DNA of 64,000 nucleotides from the human T2T-CHM13v2.0 reference genome, Homo sapiens. Positions 49,775-64,000 of this stretch are shown piece after piece (the stretch's first letter is position 1; the number at the start of each line of letters is the position of its first letter). Below the pieces are notes generated by a model. That model saw nothing but the letters and a program-made list of their open reading frames with translations. It did no database searches and had not been told where the DNA came from. The translations under genes and the position numbers were made by a program. The DNA lies in NCBI RefSeq assembly GCF_009914755.1, contig NC_060936.1, one strand, 5' to 3'.

Positions 49775-50222
49775 TGCAGGGTGGCATTATGGCTAAGAAC
49801 AGAAGCTTTGGAATCAGGATTTGAATCTGGCTTTACTGTTAAGCTGGCTAGGTGTGACCTTGGGCAACTTAATTTCTTTGAACCTCAGTTTCCTCATTTG
49901 CTAAATCATATCTACTTCAGATATGTTTTTGAGGATTCTAATAATATTAACACAGCCCCAATTTCCTTCTGGTAGGAATACAATTTAAAAACATATTTAA
50001 AACATAGCACCTACTGTGCTAAGTATTCTGTTAACTCACTGAATCCTCGTAACAACCCTATGAGGTAGCTACAATTATAGTCCTTGTTTTGTAATTGAGG
50101 AAATCGAGAAACAGAGAGGTTAAGTAACTTGCTCAAGGTCACACAGCCAGTAAATGGCAAGCCGGGATTCTGAGCCCAAGCAGTCTCTCCAGAGTCCCTG
50201 CCCTCATTCACCCTGCTGTACT
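49775..50222. mobile_element. Two MIRs in inverted, tail-to-tail orientation (+ ~49775-49950; - ~49990-50222)
   Basis: TGTGACCTTGGGCAAC...CCTCAGTTTCCTCAT core, and the complementary TAAGTAACTTGCTCAAGGTCACACAGC. Confidence 0.75.
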
Positions 50223-50768
50223 GTGAGGAGTACATAACACAGGGTTGGACATGGTTACTGCCAGTCTGTGGAGACTGTCCCTACCATTACAGATGCTGTG
50301 GCCATTTGTATACTTCTCTCTTTGGATGCTAGTCTGACTACTAGATCCTAAGCGATCAGAACCATTTCAGGAAAGCTACTTCAGCTAACAGCAGACCACG
50401 AAGGTAAAGCTGCTGGCTTTAGAGACCATGCTCAGCATCACCTCCTACAAATGGGTGGGGACTGCCCCAGGTGCAGGGGTGAGAAGGACTCTGAGGCCCA
50501 AGTTCCAGTAGAGCAAGAAACAGTTGCCCAATCCATTTTTTCTGCTGTGAGCAAGGGAGTCCATTTAGTGTTCCTGATTTAGTTTGAGCCCTTCATTTGA
50601 AGATGAAAACAGCTGCAGCCCAGAGATGTTAAATGACTTTCCTGTGGTCTTAGAGCTATAGTCAGTACCACAGCTGGGCTATAGTCAGTACTACAGCTGG
50701 AATATGGTTAGGACAATCATTTGAGGACCTCTTTATGCCGGGCTGGGTGCTGGAAAGCATAGTGGACA

Positions 50769-51049
50769 GCTCCTGGGATATGAGACTTTCAGGACTAAAA
50801 CCAGAAAGTCCCAGGCACACTGGGATGGAAATACCCTAACACTGCCATCGTTCTATGGGTTCATTTTTGCCTCTGTCTGTACCTGCCCAGTGGAGGTGAT
50901 GAAGGCCCTGAGTTCATAATCCTGGCCTAGCCACTCATTAACCTTGGGACATTTTCTTAGTCTCTGTGTGCCTCAGTGTTAGGGTATTCCCATCCCAGTG
51001 TGCCTGGGACTTTCTGGTTTTAGTACTGAAAGTCTTGTATCCCAGGAGC
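50769..51049. repeat. 76-bp inverted repeat (50769-50844 / 50974-51049), 4 mismatches, 129-bp spacer
   Basis: Direct reverse-complement comparison by hand. Confidence 0.92.
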
Positions 51050-51089
51050 CCTGTCAGACTGGGGCAAGCTGGGATGGTTGGTCACCCTA
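50980..51089. mobile_element. MER81-like hAT MITE inserted in a MIR
   Basis: TAGGGT...GGTCACCCTA termini; degenerate 8-bp TSD CTCAGTGT/CCCAGTTT; MIR continues on both sides. Confidence 0.7.
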
Positions 51090-51319
51090 CCCAGTTTCCA
51101 CTGTAAAATGGGGGTGACAACTGCTGTTTTTTCACAGATTTGATTTGAGGGTTAAGTAATTTATTATTGATAAAGTACTTAGAAATAGTGTTTGGGACAT
51201 AGTCTTTTCTCTCTCCCTTTCTGTGTATATAGATATACACACACACACGTACATATGTGTGTGTGTAATATAACACATATGCACATGTATATATACACAC
51301 ACATATACATACACACATT

Positions 51320-53520
<2,201 letters not shown>

Positions 53521-55303
53521 AAAATGTAGCCCACACCATGCCCGTGCCGGGTGGGCATGGTTATCACAGGGATTGCCTACCCCAACTCCTGCCCCACCTG
53601 CTCAGGCAGGTCCCATTGTGCCTCAAGGATAAGCCCATGGTGAACTTCCAAGGGTACGCCATCCAGGGAAGGCCAACAGAAGCCACTAGTCAAGTGGCTT
53701 GACTAGTTCAAGACAAGCAGATCTCCAGGCATCTGTTTTCATCTTGTTAACCTTCTCACTAGAGAAGAGTTTGAATTGCTGCCTCTCTGGGTGTGTGGAG
53801 ATAGCCACTGGATTGTGAGCCAGAGAGGACAGGGACTGGGGCTTTTTGTTTTTCCTCCAAATCTCCCAACACGAGTACATTGTAGGTGCCCATTGAGTGC
53901 TTGCTGAATGGAGGAATGGTTAGCTACTGCCTCCTACTTCTCGTTGCAGGACATCAATATCTTTCTAAAATCATAGTAATGTGAAGGCTATCCAGAAAGT
54001 CAAAAGGTTCCACAGAGTTGGCCACAAAACAGAGTAGCCCCCTGCCCTCTGCTTTATTTCCCCCTCCCAGAGATTATTTTATCTCTTTTGGCTGATTATT
54101 TTATCTCTTTTAGCTGATTATTTTGGTATCTAGTATCTATTTCTAAATAGGCTGCTTATTATTAAAGCTAGATATTTCAGTTCCAGGCGTTATCTACTAA
54201 ATTCCCACTGTGGGGTCATCCTTCGCTCTCCCAATGTAGTTATTTCAGGATTTTCGTTAGGTCAGTATTCAACGTTTATGTTATTATGACTATGTAAATG
54301 CTAGTTGCAGCTGAGCCGTGTTGTACACTATGATTGCTTTATCTTTCCTTGACAGCTTTTCCCCCCGGGAGTTAATAACTGTCTTTTTTTTTCTTTTTGT
54401 TGTTTGCTTAGTTTTCTGTGTACTTATTACTAATTCGACCTTAAACTCTTCACCAAGTGCCCAAATTCTCCCCCTAAGGCATTCTGATGCACCAGGAATT
54501 CCAGCAATTTTGTTACCTTGAAAAATCTTCCTTCTTGAGGACCCCAATTTGCTCTGCACTGGACTGGTTCCTCCTGGCGTGGCACACAGCTGTCACTCTG
54601 GAGTTCCTGCATCACCATGCTAGAGCTCCCTTATCCCTTCTTTGGGTTTGAATCTTTCATTTTTTGTCTTCCTGTTTCTTCCTGTTTGTCTTCCTGTTTC
54701 TCTACTTTACTCGCCCATTTTGTTAAAGCACATTTCCAGCCACTTCCCAAGCAGGGTTGAAAAGACTTTCATTCTGTTCTTCTAAGTACTTGGCACTTAA
54801 AGTATATTTTAACCACCCCACCCGTTCCTTCATTTTCATTTCATTTCCTCGTGCTGTTCATTCATTATTGTTGGCATTCTCCACTGTCAGTCTTAAGACG
54901 CAGATGTTTGCATGTCTGTGTTAATCTACTTTCCATCCACTAAAATTTGGTTGTTTCTTCTGCAATGCCCTTTATTTTGGTGGGTTTAATTCTAGTCTGG
55001 ACATTTTTCTTCAAGATTTTGAAGACATTGTTTTATTGCTTTTAGCTTCCAATGTTGCCCTTGAGAAGTCAGAATTATTCTGACTATTGATTCTTCTAGA
55101 TGACTTCTTAACATCTCTGGAAGCTTATAGCATTCTCAGTGTTTTGAAGTTTCATGATGATGGGCCTTGGTGTGGGCCCACTATGTTAAGCTGTTAGGAG
55201 GTCTTTCTTTCTTTTTATCATCTGGGGAGAATCAGTGCTTATGAGGGTTTTTCAATTCTGAAAATGTATGCCCTTATATTCTGGGGGAGAAATATATATA
55301 TAA

Positions 55304-55828
55304 TGTGATAGTCAGCCTCCAAATGGCTTCCAGTGATCCTGTCTCTGGTAGTCACACCCTTGTGCAGTTTACCCTTGTACTGGACCAGGGTTGATCTCTG
55401 TGACCAATAGCCTACAGCAGAAATGATAGTATGTCACTTCTGAGATTGGGGTATGAAAGATAGTGCAGTCTTGGATCACTTGCTTTGGGAAATGCCAGCG
55501 ACCATGTTGACCAGCCTTATGGGAGGCCCGTGTGGCAAGAAACTGAGGACTCCTGCCAATATCCAGCTGGTAACTGAGGCTTCTTGAAGCCCTGTGAGTG
55601 AGTCACTTTGAAAGTGGATTCTGTAGCTCCATTCAAGCCTTCAGATGAAACTGCAGCCCTTGCCAACAACGTGACTGCAACTTCACGGGAGACCCTGAGC
55701 CAGAACTATCCTATTAGGCTGCTCCCAGATTCCTGACCCTCAGAAATTGGGTAAGATAAAAAAAATTGTTATTATAAGCTGCTGAGTAATTGGGCCAATT
55801 TGCTATGCAGCACTGGATAACTAATGTA
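55304..55828 (+). mobile_element. MaLR solo LTR (MLT1F-like)
   Basis: CAGCCTCCAAATGGC...GAGACCCTGAGCCAGAAC...CCCAGATTCCTGACCCTCAGAAA...GATAACTAAT signatures. Confidence 0.75.
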
Positions 55829-56380
55829 ATGGATAATACATTTTCTCTGTTCTTGCATTCAGAAATTTCTGTTACTTGGATTTTATACTTCCTGTAACAG
55901 TCTTCATATTTTCTTTTATCTCTTATTTTCCATCCTTGGTCTTTTTACTCTACATTCTGGGAGATTTTCTAAATTTTATTTTCTAACCCTTCTACTGAGT
56001 TTTACCTTTGTTCTTGCATTTACAATTTTTTTCTAAGAGCTATTTTTGTTACCTGATTTTTATCCCCTCCTTCTTTTTAAACAATAGTATCCTACTCTGG
56101 AGTTCTTTAATCCAGAGACTCTTTATTTTACTGTCTCTACAGAAGAAACCTCCACTATTTTGCCAGGTTAGGATCCAGGCAATTTTGCTGTGTGAAGTGG
56201 GGAACTAGGGATCTGAGAGCCTCTTAAACTGAATTTCAACCAGCCCCTTTGCTTCCCCTTCCATGAATAGAGGTCCCTGGTGCTGCTAATCTATGATTCT
56301 CAGTTTTCTCCACTGTCAGCTTAAGATTCGGCTGTGTTTTTTAAATTTACATTCAGCTTCTATAATTTTTTTCTCTCTAA

Positions 56381-56787
<407 letters not shown>

Positions 56788-58057
56788 TAACCAACACTTT
56801 TTACCTCAGCTCTTCATGCCACACCTGCTCCCACCTCTCTTTGGGACTTTCTGTGATTCATTGACTATCTCGTAGTCACTGTGGTTCTGAGGTCATGGTC
56901 CTGAATAACTACAGTGGGAACATTAGTAGGTCTTTTCCAAATAATCAGTACATCCTTACTTATTGCAAAGCTGCTGACTTGTGCCTGAAGTTACATCAGT
57001 GGCCTTTAACTGCAGACTTTGATTTCAGAGCTGAGTGTCAAGATTTAAGAAAAGGAATTTACATACATGCACCTTGAAGGTCTGAATGTGTGTATATAAC
57101 ACAATGCCTGTGGGTTTATATGCATATATGTGGAATACACACATCTCAAGAATAAGCCTTTTGCCAAACAAAACCCACCTTTGGACTGTGGGTGAATTGA
57201 GAAGCATGAAAAATGTGTAGCCTAAAGTATATTTAAATATTCATGACGTCTTCAAAGCAAAGCTGTTGGGAAGACTAAGCCACCTGGAACACAGCTGTGA
57301 TAGCACAATGAGGCCTTCTGAAAAATCACAGTCTCGTGCAGTGCTGGGAAGAATATTCGGAGGTGACCAAGTCAGACCCCCTGCTGCCACTGTAATAAAA
57401 GCTATTTTGGATTTGCCATGTCCATTAGTGAGATTAGATTAATATTTAGAAAGTGTCTTCCTGTCTTAAAGATAATTGTATTTTGAATTATACAACTTAT
57501 ATGGGGCAACAAATTTCATTTGTTTACTGCTTATCCTTCATGTGATAGGATTTTTAAGGATGGCAATTATGTGGCACACTTGCCACTACTCTTCCCCCTT
57601 GTACCCATGGCAGACATTAATAATTAATCATGGCCCTCATTTCCTCTAGGCTCAGATGTGAGATCTCAGAATCCTTTTCCATGCATGTTCCTGGAAGCCA
57701 CTGAGAATTGACTGGGAAGTGGGGAGCACACCAGATGAAACATACACGCCATTTCTGGTTGGGTCTTTTATCCCCAGCCTCAGTTGAACAGGCTTCAGTT
57801 CACATCGTTTTAGCCAAAACTCATCTATGCACGGTCTTTTCAGAACAGATTAGGGTAGAATTTTGTGGTTTTTTTTGTGACGAAAATAACCTTAGTAATT
57901 TTGTTTTTGTTTTGGTAACTCAGGACAACTCACACCCCCTGGTTGTCTTGATTTTTTATTTAAATGCTGAGTTTAAGTGCTTGTGCAGTTGGTTTCTTGA
58001 ACTGAACAGCACACTTTATGTTTATTCTATTGCATGTCATTGTCTTTTTATTCTAAG

Positions 58058-58276
58058 CAAGAGGTCAGCAAATTATGGCCCACAGGCCAAATCTGGCTCA
58101 CCCTCTGTTTTTGTAAATAAAGTTTTATTGGAACACAGCCACGTCCCTTACTTTGTGCATTATTTATGTCTGCTTTTGCACTACAAGGGCAGAGTTGAGT
58201 AGTTGCAACAGAGATTGGCCCACAAAACCGAAAATATTTACTATCTGACCCTTTACAGAAAAAGTTTCCTAATGTG
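58058..58276 (+). mobile_element. MER58A-like hAT element
   Basis: TTTTGTAAATAAAGTTTTATTGGAACACAGCCAC...AATATTTACTATCTGACCCTTTACAGAAAAAGTTT. Confidence 0.8.
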
Positions 58277-58856
58277 GTTCTAAGTTATCACTTAAGCCTC
58301 TTTTGGTCGTCAACTTTACCCAATATTTTATCCATGTACATTAAACTTATTTACTAACCCACTTAATTATACTTCTTTCCAGCCTACCTTTCTCCATTTT
58401 GTTCACTGATTCTCCCAAGCAATGTTAAATACCCTGTTGCCATTCAGATATACTAGTAATAACACTCCTATTTGTTGAGCACTTACTATGGTCCAGGCAG
58501 TACTAAGCAACCTACATAAATTAAGTGAGCAAAAATGTAAGTGAATTGCTTGGCATAATGCCTGGCATATGGTAAATACTCGATTATTATCTTTACTTTT
58601 TACAACAGCTCTAGGAAAGGGTAGGTATTACTAAATAAAGAGTTTAAGTAACTTACCCAGGGTAGCTGAGCTGCTAAGTGATAGAACTACATTCCAACTC
58701 AATTTGGACTGGTTGTAAGACTTGTGACCTTTCTGTTAAGCCTTATTGCCTTTTTCTGCCATATTTTCCGGGCTTACCAGTCTAGTAATCTGTCAAATAA
58801 TTATAATAATGATTATATAAATATGTAATTATATAAGTGTACAACATATGTAGTTG

Positions 58857-59540
58857 TGTTAGGGATGGCAAATATCCAAGTTACTGGTGGTGAATCTGTA
58901 TGGGTCTGCAGCAACCTCAATCTTGCCTCCTCAGAAGAAAGAATTCGACTGAGGGGGATAAGGCAGAAAAAGAGTCTGAGGCAAATTTCAGAGCAGGAGT
59001 GGAAGTTTATTAAAAAACTCTAGAGTAGGAAAGAAAGGAAAGTACACTTGGAAGACACCCAAGCAGGCACTTTGGAGGTCAAGTGCCTGTTTAACCTTGA
59101 TCCTAGGACTTTATAGGCTGGCCTACTTCCAGCACCTCTCACCCCTTTCCTTTCATTCTTCCGGCATGCACGGTGCCCTCCTTGCACTTGGGAGGTGAGC
59201 ATGCGCAGTGTGTTTAAGCAGTTGTATGCATGCTCACCTGAGGCTTTCTTCCCTTTTCCTGTGAAATGCCCCTGGAAGGTCATATTTCACCATTTTGCCT
59301 CTTAATGCAAGTGCTCGAGCCCACTTGCTTAATCCTGAAAACTGCCAATTACCAATTTCAGGTGTTTTTATCTATTGGGAATCGCTGGTGCCAGCTGTGA
59401 CCAATTATCATTTTCATGTGACAACTGCTGGACAATCAGGAAACTGCCAAGTCATCACCTGATGGTCGTCTGACATTCCTGGTGGGTGGGGGGAGCCCTC
59501 TCTTGCCCTGCTCATACCTGACCAGCTACCTATTGTAACA
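58857..59540 (-). mobile_element. ERV1-class solo LTR (MER50-like)
   Basis: TG...CA termini; 4-bp TSD GTTG on both sides (58853-56 and 59541-44); TTTATT poly(A) signal on the - strand at ~59006. Confidence 0.8.
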
Positions 59541-59844
59541 GTTGTATATATGTGTGGTACAGTGCATTATCTCAGATATTCCTTTAAAAATGGCCAGGTT
59601 AGGTATTGTTCCTGTTTTATAGATGAAGAAACTGAGGCCGAGAGAATGTCATACAGTTAATAAGCTGTTTGCTGGTATAATTCAAAGTTTGTATGATTTA
59701 AAATACTTTATACCACACTGCTATGATAAAGAACCATGATATGTGGCTGAACTGACATTCATTCAGCAGTTTTTACAGTATACATTTATAGAGTACCTAC
59801 CCTATACCAAGTCCTGTGCTCAATCCATGCTGTATTTTTTTCTG

Positions 59845-60358
59845 TAGTAATCCCCCCTCATCTGCAGTTTTGCCTTCTATGGTTTCAGTTATCCAGTATT
59901 AGCCATGGTCCAAAAATATTACATGGAAAATTCCAGAAATAAACCATTCATAAGTTTTAAATTGTGCACTGTGCTGAGTAGCGTGATGAAGTCTTGAGTT
60001 GTCCTGTTCCTTCCAGCCCAGGAAGTGAATCATCTCTTTGTCCAGCGTCTCCACACTGTAGACACTACCCATCCATTAATAATTTAGTAGCTACCTTGGT
60101 TATCAGATTGACTGTCGAGGTATCGCAGTGGTGGTATTCATTATTTTAATTTTAATAATGACCCCAAAATGCAAGAGTAGTAATGCTGGCATATTGTTAT
60201 AATTATTTTATTATTGTTAATTTCTTACTGTGCCTAATTAAACTATAATATGTATATATGAAAAAACATAGTACATACAGGGTTTGGCACCATACAAGGT
60301 TTCAGGCATCCACTGGGGGTCTTGGAATGTATCCTCCTTGGATAAGGGGGGCTACTGT
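59845..60358. mobile_element. MER44-like (Tigger) DNA transposon
   Basis: TAGTAATCCCCCCTCATC...GGATAAGGGGGGCTACTG terminal inverted repeats. Confidence 0.75.
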
Positions 60359-61073
60359 ATAGTGAATTCCTTTCCTAAGTGCTCACAAACTGTCTAATTA
60401 TCTAATGTTTGTTTTTTCATTTAGTGTATTTGGTAACAGATGTTTTGGGTTACATTATCAACCCTTCTAATGAATTTCTAATGAATTTCAAATCCTACCT
60501 GTTTTGCACCTCAATTTCCCTACCTGTGAAGTGGGAAAGATAACACCTGTTTTCACATCTTCTAATTCTCTATGTTTAGGAAACCTTGAACAAGAGGGTT
60601 TACATTAAACAGAGGTAGCACAGTGGCAATCTGTGGGTAGGATCCAACCCAGAGATTTTTGGGCTTATGCAGTGAGTTTTAAGAAACTGAATTAATTTAA
60701 AAAGCTTAAAATGGAGAGATTTTTGAACTTTTCTTTAGTAATTAGATAACCTTGCAAGACTGGGCTTGTCCCACATGGGCACAATGGACTAGAGGAAGCT
60801 TCTTTCTTTAGACAGAGCACACACTCTCCTGTTACCCATCTCCATCATGCCTATTGTCTTCCCCACATTGAAGCCATGTCACTTACTGTTTTAAATGTCC
60901 CACTTTAGTCATTTGCTCTACTGGTCTTTGTAGACATTTGAATTTGGACATTCAATCAGGAGAGATTTCAGCTGGGCATAAGAAAGAACCTCATCAACAG
61001 GATGAAATAAATGTGCTTTACAATCATTTGAACTGAATGGATGGAAAAACCTTAATTCCTTGATTCTATGTAA

Positions 61074-61371
61074 TTTTTTTTTTTTTCAGACAGAGTCTCG
61101 CTGTGTCATCCAGGCTGGCATGCAGTGGTGCAAGCTCAGCTCAATGCAACATCTGCCTCCAGGGTTCAAGTGATTCTCATGCCTCAGCCTCCCGAGTAGC
61201 TGGGACTACAGGCGCATGCCACCCACCACGTCCGGCTAATTTTTGTATTTTTAATAGAGACGAGGTTTTGCCATGTTGACCAGGCTTGTCCTGAACTTCT
61301 GATCTCATGAGATCCACCTGCCTCAGCCTCCCAAAGTGCTGGGATTACAGGTGTGAGCCACCACGCCCAGC
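61074..61371 (-). mobile_element. Alu
   Basis: Antisense dimer; TSD TGATT(C/T)TATGTA. Confidence 0.9.
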
Positions 61372-61736
61372 TGATTTTATGTATTTTAAAGGAACTTTAA
61401 ATCAGAATAGGACATTTTAAATAAAAATAAATGCAAGAAAAGCTGTTTTTAACATGCACATACATCAGTATAGACTGTGATGCCCACCTGCTTATTAGGG
61501 GCAAAATGTTAACTCTTATTAGGCTACTAAGGAATACATACAAATTCCAGCTGGTCTCACTGAGAAGCCCCTGGGTACCTTGGACAGCGCACCACCATCA
61601 CCAGTTCTTTTCCGAGTTTGCTCTCCTGCAGGAGAAATACTTTATTTGGTATACTCTCTTAAAGTCCAACTAACTCCGGACTCTTCTTTTTAAAACAATT
61701 GTCTCTCTTATAAACGGGACTATAAAGGGGACTAGA

Positions 61737-62186
<450 letters not shown>

Positions 62187-62510
62187 CTACAACGCATTTG
62201 CTGTTTGCTTTCTACACTGCTATTATTAACAATGCCTGACCATCGTGAGTGGTCAGTAATGCTCAAAGAATGCATGCCTGCTTTCCTATGGTAATAGTTA
62301 CAGTTGCTCATCTCAGTCACAAAGAGCATGGTCCTGATGGGAAAGGAGTAGAGTGTTTGATCCCTTTCTGGAAAGTGTGTTTTGTTTGGGTTCTCTGAAG
62401 TAGGCTGCATCTACTTCCCTGACAGTTTCCCAAAACCGTCAGCTTTGTTTATAAGCAGGATGAGTGAAATAAGAGAATCAGGTCTGGCATCCCCCCATAA
62501 TACTCTCAAG

Positions 62511-62541
62511 ACACACACACACATACACACACACACACACA
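62511..62541. repeat. (CA)n microsatellite, interrupted
   Basis: acacacacacacatacacacacacacacac. Confidence 0.9.
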
Positions 62542-62925
62542 CTGCAATTTGAAGTGTACTTCCCACAAAACACACAGCTCATGTTAGGCACCAGTCATTC
62601 CTTGAGTCTAGGACTTTGCCCAGGCTTTACATTTCACAACCGTCCTTTGGCAGCAAAGCAAACAGCAGTTGGATCTTGTGGGGCCAAGCAGAAATCTCCT
62701 TCCCCAACCGTACCATTCCATATTAATATCATTTCTCCTTTGAACTCTTAGCACTTGCTCTCTGTACTACTCATTTGAGAGGTAATTATGCACATCTCTT
62801 GTTCTGTTATTTAAATCTGGTATTTAACCTCTTCTCTGTTAGTGTCTTTATCTCCCTACAGGATCATAGCAAATTGAATATAAAGAAAGGTAGATATTAA
62901 CATGATTTCCTGTACGTAGTAAATC

Positions 62926-63125
62926 TGTTCCTTAGTTTAGGTTACCCTAAAAAGTATGCCTCAAGACAAGGTTTGGGTTATATTAATTGATTTGGGGGGT
63001 GATCCCACGTAAGTTGGTGAGGAAGTAGGAAAGTGAGACAGGGAAAGGAAGGACAGAAAAGGATGTGACAAAGTGAGTTACCTCCTGTGTGCAACGGGGC
63101 ACAGTTCTGTGGGGGACCCTTTCAG
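62926..63125 (-). mobile_element. ERVL LTR fragment (LTR33-like)
   Basis: GACAAGG...TTTGGGGGGTGATCCCA...AAGTGAGACAGGGAAAGGAAGG motif. Confidence 0.5.
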
Positions 63126-63147
63126 ACAGCTCTATCCAACAGAAATA

Positions 63148-63782
<635 letters not shown>

Positions 63783-63824
63783 TAGAATGCAAGCCACAAA
63801 TGCAAGCCACATGTGTAATTCTAA

Positions 63825-64000
<176 letters not shown>

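Noticed and set aside
57708-58202. 164-aa ORF
   Set aside because: Non-ATG start, and the 3' third is MER58A sequence. No domain is recognisable.

Overview
Human (primate) genomic DNA, Alu-dense. It contains the complete 12-exon SUDS3 gene (Sin3A/HDAC corepressor subunit) on the + strand. I spliced the CDS by hand: 5961-6102, 9431-9500, 13281-13336, 15383-15454, 19196-19215, 20395-20551, 29928-30023, 31028-31089, 31252-31273, 32679-32784, 40340-40424, 43602-43700. This totals 987 nt (328 aa plus stop) with consistent phases, followed by a 3'UTR of up to ~3.6 kb with several AATAAA signals. A second CpG island ~3.6 kb upstream holds a divergent non-coding first exon on the - strand, probably TAOK3 (identified from recalled synteny, not from coding sequence). 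The most notable observations are: (1) SUDS3 intron 7 is a minor-spliceosome AT-AC intron that also carries a second branch-point/acceptor cassette just behind its 5' splice site, a possible poison bypass exon; (2) a G-rich ~38-bp degenerate minisatellite at the start of the divergent gene's intron 1; (3) an in-frame upstream ATG that could add 79 Arg/Gly-rich residues; (4) three tandem hairpins before exon 6; (5) a ~95% identical 76-bp inverted duplication of a MER81 end; (6) two strong CTCF motifs and layered transposon insertions. I see no prokaryote-type novel system. The novel candidates here are splicing, translation and structure hypotheses. Repeat family names come from visual recognition, and their boundaries are approximate.
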